64,000 nt of DNA from Rhodospirillaceae bacterium. Lineage in GTDB: Bacteria > Pseudomonadota > Alphaproteobacteria > UBA6615. The notes under the pieces were generated by a model. The model was not told the origin of the DNA and did no database searches. It was given only the letters and a program-made list of their open reading frames with translations. Each line of letters starts with the position of its first letter. Positions within the stretch are counted from its first letter, which is position 1. Positions 21,139-30,176 of this stretch are shown one piece after another. Location: positions 287 through 64,286 of the forward strand of contig JAYOFO010000008.1 in the NCBI GenBank assembly GCA_038117265.1, read 5' to 3'. A program made the translations under genes and the position numbers.

Positions 21139-22250
21139 GCGACGGACCTCCGTTCACCCTGCGCGCGACCTTGTCCCGACGCCATACGGCCCCACGCCTC
21201 GACGAAGCGCGCGACATCGTCCCGCGTCGTCGTCCAGCCCAGGGAAACCCGGATGGCGTTGCGTGCCGTATCTTCGTCGCATCCCATGGCGGCAAGCACG
21301 TGGCTGGGCGCGATCTTGCCGCTCGAACAGGCCGATCCGGCGCTCACCGCCACCCCGGCCAGATCGAGCGACATCACCTGGAACTCGCCGGTCAAGTCCG
21401 GCAACCCGATGCAGCTCGTGTTCGGCAGCCGCGCGGCGTCCGCACCGTGCACGCGGACGTCGGGGCAAAGGGCACGCACTTGCGTCTCGATGGCGTCGCG
21501 CAGATGCGCCCACTGCGCCGCCTCGGGCAAATGCTCCGCGGCAATCCGCGCCGCGGCGCCGAAGCCGGCGATACCGGGCACGTTCTCTGTGCCGGCGCGC
21601 CGGCGGCGTTCCTGCCCGCCGCCACGCAGCAGCGGCTCGGGATCGAGCCCGGGACGCAAGACAAGGGCCCCGACGCCCAGGGGCCCGCCGAGCTTGTGGG
21701 CGGACAGCGTCAGCATGTCGGCACCCAATTCCGGCATCGAGAGCGGAATCTTGCCGGCCGCCTGCACCGCGTCGCAATGGAGCAGCGCGCCATGTTCGTG
21801 GACGATCGAGGCGATATCGGCGATCGGCTGGATTACGCCGGTCTCATTGTTGGCGAGCATAACCGACACCAACCGGACATCTTCGGAAAGCATATCGGCC
21901 AGCGCATCCAGAACCACGACGCCCTCGGCATCGACCGGGATGCGTCCGGCATCGGTCCGCGCGCCGCGCACGGAATCATGCTCGACGGCGGAAACCAGAA
22001 CATGGCCGGGAAACGCCCGCAGCGCCCAGTTGTTCGCCTCGGTGCCGCCCGACGTGAACACGACCCCAGCCGGCACCGCGCCCACGAGATCGGCCACCGT
22101 CTCGCGCGCATCATCGACCGCGCGGCGGGTAAGCCGGCCGAAGCGATGCGTCGACGACGGGTTGCCGGCCCGCGCGAGCGCATCGGCAACAGCTACGGCC
22201 GCCTCGGGGCGGACCGGCGTGGTCGCGTTGTGGTCGAGATAGGTGTCCAT
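21135..22250 (-). CDS. Cysteine desulfurase, NifS/IscS-like paralog 2
   Basis: YLDHNATTP start, SAHKLGGPLG PLP motif, SAGSACSSG active-site loop; ATGA overlap with paralog 1. Confidence 0.8.
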   Translation of the reverse strand: MDTYLDHNATTPVRPEAAVAVADALARAGNPSSTHRFGRLTRRAVDDARETVADLVGAVPAGVVFTSGGTEANNWALRAFPGHVLVSAVEHDSVRGARTDAGRIPVDAEGVVVLDALADMLSEDVRLVSVMLANNETGVIQPIADIASIVHEHGALLHCDAVQAAGKIPLSMPELGADMLTLSAHKLGGPLGVGALVLRPGLDPEPLLRGGGQERRRRAGTENVPGIAGFGAAARIAAEHLPEAAQWAHLRDAIETQVRALCPDVRVHGADAARLPNTSCIGLPDLTGEFQVMSLDLAGVAVSAGSACSSGKIAPSHVLAAMGCDEDTARNAIRVSLGWTTTRDDVARFVEAWGRMASGQGRAQGERRSVA

Positions 22251-22268
22251 GGTGCGGGATCGGACGGG

Positions 22269-22740
22269 TTATTCGGCGGCCAGTTCTGGAACACCCAGCC
22301 GCGGCGCCTGCAATGGCTGGCCGGGATGGATGTTCCCGTCACACACGTCGGCGAGGCTGACCGAGTTCAGGTAGATGTGAATCTGGTGCCCGAGCTCCTC
22401 CCACAGATCATGGGTCATGCAGCGGGTGCTCTTGCGGATGCAGCCCATCGCACTGCCGGGCTTGCAACCCGTGGTGCGGATCGATTCCTCGACGGCGAGA
22501 ATGACGTCCGAGACGCGGATATCGGCAGCCGGATAGGCCAGCCGATAGCCGCCACCCGGTCCGCGCATGCTCCGGACGAGTTCGGCGCGGCGGAGCTTCG
22601 AGAAGAGCTGCTCCAGGTAGGAGAGCGAGATTTCCTGACGGTCCGCGACTTCTGCGAGGGCCACGGGACCGTCCGCGCCGTGCCGCGCGAGATCCACCAT
22701 CGCCATGACCGCATAGCGTCCTTTGGTGCTGAGCTTCACC
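22269..22740 (-). CDS. Rrf2 family transcriptional regulator (IscR/SufR-like)
   Basis: VKLSTKGRYAVMAMVDLA N-terminal HTH typical of Rrf2; three-Cys cluster TGCKPGSAMGCIRKSTRC; GTG start with GAGG RBS. Confidence 0.75.
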
Positions 22741-22776
22741 TTCTGCCTCTTCGGTTTGTCGTCTGCTTGCCGCGCA

Positions 22777-23532
22777 TCAGGCTCTGCGGCCGGGCTGGTC
22801 CGTGTCGTCCTCGGCCTTCGCGCCGCGCCCGCCGGCCCGGATCTGTAAGAGTTCCTCGAGCTCGCGCTCGAGTTCCTGGACCCGGACACGCAGGGTGCTG
22901 ATTTCGTTGAGCATCGCCCCGATGGCCTTCTCGTCGGGGTCCGGAATATCCTCGGTCGGCGTCCCGTAGGCCGCAAAGGCGTCGCCCGAACAGGTCGAAG
23001 ACGGCACCGGGTGAGCCGGAATGCCGACCACGGTGCAGCCGTCGGGCACGTCCTTGACGACCACGGCGTTCGCACCGACCCGCGCGTTGCGCCCCACGGT
23101 CACGGGACCGAGCACCTGGGCGCCCGACCCGATTATCGCGCCGTCGAGGATCGTGGGATGGCGTTTGACGTTCTTCTGCGCCTCGCTGTCCACCGAGGGG
23201 GCGATGCCGCCCAGGGTCGAGCCGTGATAGAGGGTGACGTTGTCGCCGATTTCCGCCGTCTCGCCGATCACCACGCCCGTCGCGTGGTCGATCACCAGCC
23301 GCGCGCCGATGCGGGCACCCGGGTGGATGTCCACGCCGGTGAAGAATCGGCCGACGTTGTTGACGAACCGTGAGGCGATCACCAGCCGGTTGGTCCACAA
23401 CCAGTGCGCCAGGCGGTGCCAGACGATTGCGTGGAACCCCGGATAGGCGATGAACACCATGAACCTGGAGTTCGCGGCCGGGTCGCGCTCCATGTAAGCG
23501 TCCAGATCGTCAAAGAGATGCTTGAAGATCAT
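22777..23532 (-). CDS. cysE: Serine O-acetyltransferase CysE
   Basis: MIFKHLFDDLDAYMERDPAANSRF N-terminus, left-handed beta-helix hexapeptide repeats; ~35 aa charged C-terminal tail. Confidence 0.85.
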   Translation of the reverse strand: MIFKHLFDDLDAYMERDPAANSRFMVFIAYPGFHAIVWHRLAHWLWTNRLVIASRFVNNVGRFFTGVDIHPGARIGARLVIDHATGVVIGETAEIGDNVTLYHGSTLGGIAPSVDSEAQKNVKRHPTILDGAIIGSGAQVLGPVTVGRNARVGANAVVVKDVPDGCTVVGIPAHPVPSSTCSGDAFAAYGTPTEDIPDPDEKAIGAMLNEISTLRVRVQELERELEELLQIRAGGRGAKAEDDTDQPGRRA

Positions 23533-23732
23533 GTCGACCTTTATGATATAGAGCGCGCTACATCGCGCGCCTCGCCGGTTCGGCCGCCCCACGTGGCCCT
23601 TTCAGCGGGGATATATGATGCCCGAGTAAAATGGTCAAGTATTCGGCCCGGTTTCTCGGAATTCCGTACCCGAATGGCCTACGATAATCGTTTGAGAACC
23701 GCGGATACCGCATCGCGGGACAGGAAGACAGG

Positions 23733-24431
23733 ATGCCCGAAGTCATCATAAACGGCCCCGAAGGGCGCCTCGAAGGCCGTTACTACCCGGCAAAAAGGCC
23801 GAATGCGCCGATCGCGCTCCTGCTGCATCCCCACCCGCAGCATGGCGGCACTATGAACAACAAGGTGGTGTACCAGCTCTACCAGATGTTCGTGCGCAAG
23901 GGGTTCGCAACGCTGCGTTTCAACTTCCGCGGCGTCGGTCGCAGCCAGGGCAGCTTCGACCGGGGCGAGGGCGAGCTTTCGGATGCGGCATCCGCACTCG
24001 ACTGGTTGCAGACCCAGAACCAGGACGCCCCGATGTGCTGGATCGGCGGCTTCTCGTTCGGCGCGTGGATCGGCATGCAGCTGCTGATGCGGCGGCCGGA
24101 GATCACCGGGTTCGTCTCGGTCTCGCCGCCGGCGAACATGTACGACTTTTCGTTCCTTGCCCCCTGCCCGGCCTCGGGACTGATCACCCACGGCGACCTG
24201 GACGACATCGTTCCCCAGGAATCCGTCACCGACCTGATTGCGAAACTCGCCAAGCAGAAGGACGTGATCATCGACTTCCAGTTGCTCAAGGGCGCAACGC
24301 ACTTCTACAACGAGCATCTCGATCAGCTCGAACAGACGGTGAGCGGATATCTGGATCGGCGTATCGCGGAAATCGAAGCCGAGATCGCCGCCGAGCAGGC
24401 CGAGGCGGAAGAGGAAGCGGCCTCGGCCTAA
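23733..24431 (+). CDS. Alpha/beta hydrolase fold protein (YqiA/BAAT-like)
   Basis: [18 protein letters not shown] and nucleophile elbow GFSFGAW. Confidence 0.6.
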   Translation: MPEVIINGPEGRLEGRYYPAKRPNAPIALLLHPHPQHGGTMNNKVVYQLYQMFVRKGFATLRFNFRGVGRSQGSFDRGEGELSDAASALDWLQTQNQDAPMCWIGGFSFGAWIGMQLLMRRPEITGFVSVSPPANMYDFSFLAPCPASGLITHGDLDDIVPQESVTDLIAKLAKQKDVIIDFQLLKGATHFYNEHLDQLEQTVSGYLDRRIAEIEAEIAAEQAEAEEEAASA

Positions 24432-25546
24432 CCGTCCGCCGGCGGCGGCGCGCGGAACAGGCGCCCGCCGCGACACGGCGCGCCGACGCCCGTCGTCGAA
24501 GGGCCGCTCAGCGGCAACCCTTCGAGGCTTCGCACCGCCAGATAGGCGAACGCCTGTGCCTCTACTGCATCCCCGTCGATGCCCGCGTCTTCCATGGGTT
24601 CGACCCGCGCCCCGAGCCGGGTCGCCAGCATCGCCATGAGCGCCGCGTTGCGTCTCCCGCCACCGGTCACCAGCCAGCGGGCCGGCGGCTGCGCCAGGAA
24701 ATTCGCTGCCACGGCAACGCTCTCGGCGGTGAAGGCGGTCAGGGTCGCGGCCCCGTCGGCAAGCGACAGCCCGGCGACGGGGGAGACGTCGAAGGCATTG
24801 CGGTCCAACGACTTGGGCGGCGCTGCCGCGAAATAGGGATCCGACAGCAGCGCATCCAGCGCACCCCGGTCGACCGTGCCGGCGGCGGCAATCAGACCGT
24901 CGGCGTCGAAGGGCTGTCCCGTGTGATCCGTCACCCAATCGTCGATCAAGGCGCAACCCGGGCCCGTGTCGAAGGCAAGCAGATGCTCGAACACGTCGTC
25001 CCGCCCGGGATCGGCGTCGGATCCGATCCAGGTCAGATTGCCGACGCCGCCCAGATTGAGGACGCAGAGCGGCCGGTCGTCCGGTGCGACCGCGGCGTGA
25101 AACAAGGGTGCAAAGGGCGCGCCCTGCCCGCCCGCCGCGACATCGGCAGACCGGAAATCGGCCACGACGTCGACTCCGAGGCGTTCGGCCAGCAGCGCAC
25201 CGTCCCCCATCTGGACCGTCCTCCCGTGGGCCGGGTCGTGAAACAGGGTGTGGCCGTGGAATCCCACGACCCGCACGTCCGACGGCGCCACGCGGGCATC
25301 GGAAAGCAGGTGTTCGACGACCTCGACCTGTCGCAACGTGAACTCCCGCTCCAGTTCGGCCGGTACGGGCGCGGGGCCGAGTGCGCCGCGCATGCGCGCG
25401 CGGAACGCCGGTGCGTAGGCGGCCGAACGAAACGCCAGCGGCGCGATCCGAGAGCCGCCGTCGGTCCGGACCAGCGCCGCATCGATACCGTCCATCGATG
25501 TGCCGCTCATCAGCCCGACCGCCAAGCACTGATCCTTCGAAGACAC
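24428..25546 (-). CDS. anmK: Anhydro-N-acetylmuramic acid kinase AnmK
   Basis: [16 protein letters not shown]-terminal motif; GTG start with GGGAG RBS; divergent from tyrS as in many proteobacteria. Confidence 0.85.
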   Translation of the reverse strand: MSSKDQCLAVGLMSGTSMDGIDAALVRTDGGSRIAPLAFRSAAYAPAFRARMRGALGPAPVPAELEREFTLRQVEVVEHLLSDARVAPSDVRVVGFHGHTLFHDPAHGRTVQMGDGALLAERLGVDVVADFRSADVAAGGQGAPFAPLFHAAVAPDDRPLCVLNLGGVGNLTWIGSDADPGRDDVFEHLLAFDTGPGCALIDDWVTDHTGQPFDADGLIAAAGTVDRGALDALLSDPYFAAAPPKSLDRNAFDVSPVAGLSLADGAATLTAFTAESVAVAANFLAQPPARWLVTGGGRRNAALMAMLATRLGARVEPMEDAGIDGDAVEAQAFAYLAVRSLEGLPLSGPSTTGVGAPCRGGRLFRAPPPADG

Positions 25547-25651
25547 GCGCCGCTGCTCCCTACGACCTTTCGCCCCGAACCGGTGCGAGATATACACCCG
25601 GCACGAACAGATATGTTAGTTAGCGCCTCCGCGCACCCGGAACACGCAACG

Positions 25652-26905
25652 ATGGCCGCACACAAGTCCGAATTCATCAACACGCTCGTCGAGCGCGGTT
25701 ACCTCCATCAGTGCACCGACATGGAGGGCCTCGACGCGCGCGCGCATGACGGCACCATCACCGCCTATGTCGGCTACGACGCAACGGCCGACAGCCTGCA
25801 CATCGGCAACCTCGTCTCGATCATGATGCTGCACTGGCTGCAGCAGACCGGGCACCGCCCCATCGTGCTGATGGGCGGCGGGACCACGAAGATCGGCGAT
25901 CCGTCCGGCAAGGACGAGACTCGCCAGCTGCTGACCGACGAGACGATCGCCGGCAACATCGCGTCCATCCGGCAGACCTTCGACCGGTTCGTCTCGTTCG
26001 GCAGCGGCGCGAACGACGCCATCCTGGTGAACAATGCGGATTGGCTCGACCAGCTCGCCTATATCCCCCTGCTGCGGAAGATCGGCCGGCACTTCACCAT
26101 CAACCGCATGCTGACATTCGATTCCGTGAAGCTCCGGCTCGAGCGCGAGCAGCCGCTGACCTTCCTCGAATTCAACTACATGATCCTCCAGGCCTACGAT
26201 TTCGTGGAACTGGCGAAGCGGCACGACTGCGTCCTGCAGATGGGCGGTTCGGACCAATGGGGCAACATCGTCAACGGCATCGAACTCGGCCGGCGCGCCT
26301 CGGAACGCGAGCTGTTCGGTCTGACGACGCCGCTGATCACGACGGCGTCGGGCGCGAAAATGGGCAAGACCGCCGCCGGTGCGGTCTGGCTCAAGGCCGA
26401 ACGCTACTCGCCCTACGACTACTGGCAATTCTGGCGCAACACCGAGGATGCCGACGTGGGCCGGTTCCTGCGCCTGTTCACCGACCTGCCGCTGGACGAG
26501 ATCGCGCGTCTCGACGCGCTCGCGGGTGCCGAGATCAACGAGGCCAAGAAGCTGCTAGCCACGGCCGCAACCCGGATGCTCCACGGCGAAGCGGCCGCGA
26601 ACGAGGCCGCGGCGACCGCCGAGGAGACGTTCGAGGCCGGCGGAGCATCCGACGGCCTGCCGACCACCGACCTGCCGCGCGGCGAGCTCGAAGCGGGCAT
26701 TGCCCTGTTCGCCTTGCTCACGCGGGCGGGCCTGACAGCGTCGAACAGTGAGGGACGCCGCCTGATCAAGGGCGGCGGCGCGCGGGTCAATGACGTTGCG
26801 GTCTCCGACGAAACCTTTGCGGTCGGTCCCGACGCCGTGAACGACGACGGCGTCATCAAGCTTTCGGCGGGCCGCAAGCGTCACGCGCTGGTACGCCCGG
26901 TCTAG
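25652..26905 (+). CDS. tyrS: Tyrosine--tRNA ligase TyrS
   Basis: HIGN class I motif, KMGKT (KMSKS-type) motif, C-terminal S4-like domain. Confidence 0.9.
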   Translation: MAAHKSEFINTLVERGYLHQCTDMEGLDARAHDGTITAYVGYDATADSLHIGNLVSIMMLHWLQQTGHRPIVLMGGGTTKIGDPSGKDETRQLLTDETIAGNIASIRQTFDRFVSFGSGANDAILVNNADWLDQLAYIPLLRKIGRHFTINRMLTFDSVKLRLEREQPLTFLEFNYMILQAYDFVELAKRHDCVLQMGGSDQWGNIVNGIELGRRASERELFGLTTPLITTASGAKMGKTAAGAVWLKAERYSPYDYWQFWRNTEDADVGRFLRLFTDLPLDEIARLDALAGAEINEAKKLLATAATRMLHGEAAANEAAATAEETFEAGGASDGLPTTDLPRGELEAGIALFALLTRAGLTASNSEGRRLIKGGGARVNDVAVSDETFAVGPDAVNDDGVIKLSAGRKRHALVRPV

Positions 26906-26919
26906 ACGCACCGTTGTTG

Positions 26920-29900
26920 TTACTGGCCGGCGCCCGGAACGGGCTCGGACTCGGACTCGGCCGGCGGCTCGCTGTCCGGCGGCGCATCGTCCTGGCCGAA
27001 ACCCGTCAGGATGCGCCGTACGATGCCGGGCGTGAGAACGGCGAGCGGATTGACGGAGACATCCGGATCTTCGAGCGGCCCCCGCGCCGTGAACGTCGCC
27101 GCGAAGATGCCGTCCGAACCGCCCGACAGGACTGTTCCGATCAGCGGGATATTCGCCAGGATTGAATTGAGCGTGTAGGCCGGCGCGATTTCACCCGACA
27201 TGTTCAACGTGTCGCTCGCCCGGTCGATCGTCCCCGTTGCGATGATGCCGACATCCGCACCGCGTGCCTTCGCGTTGCGGATTTGGATTTCGTCGTCCGT
27301 AATCTCGAACGGAACCTCGGCCCGACGGAAGCTCAGCCCCTCGCCGCGCAACAGATCGGCGATCCCCGTCAGGGATGCCAGCGACAGAATTTGCGCACCG
27401 ATCAGCCCGTCGGCCAGCAGGAAATTCTGCATGTCGAGCTGGCCGGCGATCTTTTGCTTCGCGCCGTCGGAAATCGTCGCCAGGACCCGCATTTCTCCGC
27501 CGCGGATGGTGTCGATCCAGTCGAGGGCCCGAAGCACGCCTCCCGCGTCGTCGGATTCGAACATCACGCGACGGATCTGGTCCTCGGGCGCGATCTCCAG
27601 AAACATGCGACCGGCACCGGATATGCGCGCACGAAGGCGCACGTTGGACCAGTCCGCACCGTCGTTGATCAGGGTGCCGTGGAGTCCGAGCAAGCGTGTC
27701 TGTTCTCCCAGCCGAACCTCCTGCAGCGGAGATTGCTCGCTGATCACGATCTGCATCGCCGGCGTCGGGTCGCCGCCATCCTCGCCGCCCCCCAACACGT
27801 CGTCCATGAAGGGTCGCAGATCGATTGCGCGTCCGCCGATCGAGATGATCGGCGGGACCCCGGCAGGCAGCTCGATATTGGCGAACACATCGTTTCCGCC
27901 GAACGCGACACGCGGCAGCGACACACGCTGCGGCTCGGGACCGTCGGCCCCCCGGCGAAACAGGACGCTGCCGGATATATCGAGGTCGTCGGCAGAGATC
28001 GTCAATTCGGGAACCGACACGAGCACATCGTCCTGCACAATAAAGCGCAGAAACGCCCGACCGCTCTCTCCGGGAGGCTTGCGCCATTGGAACGGATCGA
28101 GCGCCAGCTCCGCATCCGTCAGGTCGATCTCGGCCGCACCGGCCGCCATGCCGTCCCACCCCAGCGCATAGGTCAGCCCGAGCTCGAGCGTGCCCGAAAC
28201 AAACGGTGCGGCACTCAGGCCCAGCGCGTCGCGCGCCTGCGCATCCAGATTGGTCCGCACCTCGTAACGGGTGCGCACATCCCCGTCGCGCTCGAACCGC
28301 TCGCTCCATGTCAGTCCGACCGGGATCGCCGCAATCGACGCGGTGCCCTTCGCTTCCATCCCTTCACGGTCAATGCTGAGCGTCAGGTCGCCATCCGACA
28401 CCGGCAGCCCGAAGGCGGCCGCTTCTGCAGCAAAGCCTGTCAGCCGGGATGCGGTCGCGACCGCAATTTCGTCGACGGTGACTTCGTTGAGGAGCGGGAA
28501 CGCAAAGACCGCGTTCGTGCGCTGCTGACCCTTGGTTCGCGCCGGATCGATCCCGAACTTGCTGACGAACCCCAGCGGCTCGCTGTCGAGTATTTCGAGC
28601 GCCTCGCGGACGGCACCGCTGACGGTCACCTGTATCTTGATCGATTCGCCACGCGCTGGGCCATCCAGCCCCTCGATCTCCACCCGGCCGGTCTCGACGA
28701 CGTTCTCGTCGAACGCGCCGCCTTCGATATCGACGGTAAACCGGCGCGCATCGAAGCGCGCCACACCACGAACATCACGGCCCGGCTCCAGCGGGCGAAA
28801 ATAGTGAACCGTGACGTCACGGAAGTGAATCTCGCCGCCGACCGACGCCAACGAATACGCACCCGGCTCCGCTTCGGGCACTTCCGCCTGAACTCCTATG
28901 GTCGCGCGCTCGACAATACCGTCGCGGATGTTCCCGGTGATCCACTCGCGGGTCGAGGGCTCGACGGTTTCGGGCCAATAGTCCCCGATCGCGTTCGCCG
29001 GGAACTGCTCGATCGACCCGTTCACATTCAACGACCAGATGGCCCCGATGCGGTCGGCCGCGCCCGATACAGCGAAACGCGCCGCGCCGACCGCAAGGGA
29101 GAGTTCCTCCACCTCGAACGCCTCGAGGCCCCGAACCGTACGCCCCTTGAGAACTGCCGCATCGAAGGGCAATGGGGCTTCAAACAGGGGCGCGGCATCG
29201 ATGGCGCCTCCGCCGGACCGGATGTCGACGGTCACGCTGGTCGGTTCGAGCGCAGAATCGAGCGACAGCGCGATGGTTCCCTCGAGCGACGCGTCGAGCC
29301 TGGCCAACTGTTCGAAGGCGGGATCGAGTTGAACGAGCGCGGTCGGAGTCACGTCGTCAAACACGATCCCGAGATCGGTCGCACCCGACTGCACGCGATA
29401 GGCGCCGGACAGGTCCGCGCGCAGAATCGCATCACGTTCGCCGATCACAACCGATCCTTCGGCAATGATTCCGGCCGCGTCGCGAAGCAGCGCGATGTTG
29501 GCCGCCGGTGCAGTCAGCTGAATGCCACGCGCAAAATCGAGATACTCGATGAAGGCGCTGCGCACCCCGACACGGGCCAGATACCCGCTCGCCAGCTCCG
29601 GGTTCGGCGGCTGCAGAAGCTCGCGCACAAGCCCCATTGGCGAGGCCTGCGCCGCATCCCCGCCGGCCTTGTCGCCAAGCCCGAGACTCACGCTGCCGTC
29701 TTGCGCGCGCACGATTCGGATGCGCGGTCCGAACAGATCCAGGCTGGTTGGCGCGACGAGGCCGCGCAGCAGCGCGCTGGCGCTGAACTTGACCGACATT
29801 TCGGGGATGGTCGCCTGCACACCGCCGTCGCGGTCGAGGAACTGCAGACCGACCGCCCGGATGTCGAGCGCGCGTTCGGACTCCTCCCATGTCAGGATCG

Positions 29901-30087
29901 TGTCGTGCAGGCGCACCTGGACGGCCGACTGGCGCGTGGCGAGCGCCTGCTCGATCAATGGCGTCAGGAATCTGAGGCTGATCGGCCCCCAGCTCAGCTG
30001 AAAGACCAGCGCGCCGAATATCAGCGCCAGCCCGACCAGCGCCGCAGCAAAGAACAGGAGCAGCAATCGTGAACTACGAATGATCAA
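26920..30087 (-). CDS. YhdP/AsmA-like giant inner-membrane-anchored protein (DUF3971-type C-terminus)
   Basis: ~1055 aa, N-terminal TM helix LLLLFFAAALVGLALIFGAL, long beta-rich repeats, conserved C-terminal region ILANIPLIGTVLSGGSDGIFAATFTARGPLEDPDVSVNPLAVLTPGIVRRI; TTG start with GAAGG RBS. Confidence 0.6.
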   Translation of the reverse strand: MIIRSSRLLLLFFAAALVGLALIFGALVFQLSWGPISLRFLTPLIEQALATRQSAVQVRLHDTILTWEESERALDIRAVGLQFLDRDGGVQATIPEMSVKFSASALLRGLVAPTSLDLFGPRIRIVRAQDGSVSLGLGDKAGGDAAQASPMGLVRELLQPPNPELASGYLARVGVRSAFIEYLDFARGIQLTAPAANIALLRDAAGIIAEGSVVIGERDAILRADLSGAYRVQSGATDLGIVFDDVTPTALVQLDPAFEQLARLDASLEGTIALSLDSALEPTSVTVDIRSGGGAIDAAPLFEAPLPFDAAVLKGRTVRGLEAFEVEELSLAVGAARFAVSGAADRIGAIWSLNVNGSIEQFPANAIGDYWPETVEPSTREWITGNIRDGIVERATIGVQAEVPEAEPGAYSLASVGGEIHFRDVTVHYFRPLEPGRDVRGVARFDARRFTVDIEGGAFDENVVETGRVEIEGLDGPARGESIKIQVTVSGAVREALEILDSEPLGFVSKFGIDPARTKGQQRTNAVFAFPLLNEVTVDEIAVATASRLTGFAAEAAAFGLPVSDGDLTLSIDREGMEAKGTASIAAIPVGLTWSERFERDGDVRTRYEVRTNLDAQARDALGLSAAPFVSGTLELGLTYALGWDGMAAGAAEIDLTDAELALDPFQWRKPPGESGRAFLRFIVQDDVLVSVPELTISADDLDISGSVLFRRGADGPEPQRVSLPRVAFGGNDVFANIELPAGVPPIISIGGRAIDLRPFMDDVLGGGEDGGDPTPAMQIVISEQSPLQEVRLGEQTRLLGLHGTLINDGADWSNVRLRARISGAGRMFLEIAPEDQIRRVMFESDDAGGVLRALDWIDTIRGGEMRVLATISDGAKQKIAGQLDMQNFLLADGLIGAQILSLASLTGIADLLRGEGLSFRRAEVPFEITDDEIQIRNAKARGADVGIIATGTIDRASDTLNMSGEIAPAYTLNSILANIPLIGTVLSGGSDGIFAATFTARGPLEDPDVSVNPLAVLTPGIVRRILTGFGQDDAPPDSEPPAESESEPVPGAGQ

Positions 30088-30176
30088 TGATGGACCTTCT
30101 GCGCGGGTACACCAGGCTGGCCCCGGTGCGCTTGACCGCCCCCACGCCATACCGCAGTGTGCCTCAAAATCAAACC

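Noticed and set aside
24035-25651. N-terminal 540 codons of the 956-aa ORF that ends as tyrS
   Set aside because: Only the final 417 codons (from MAAHKSEF) match TyrS; the upstream portion is antisense to anmK and compositionally aberrant.
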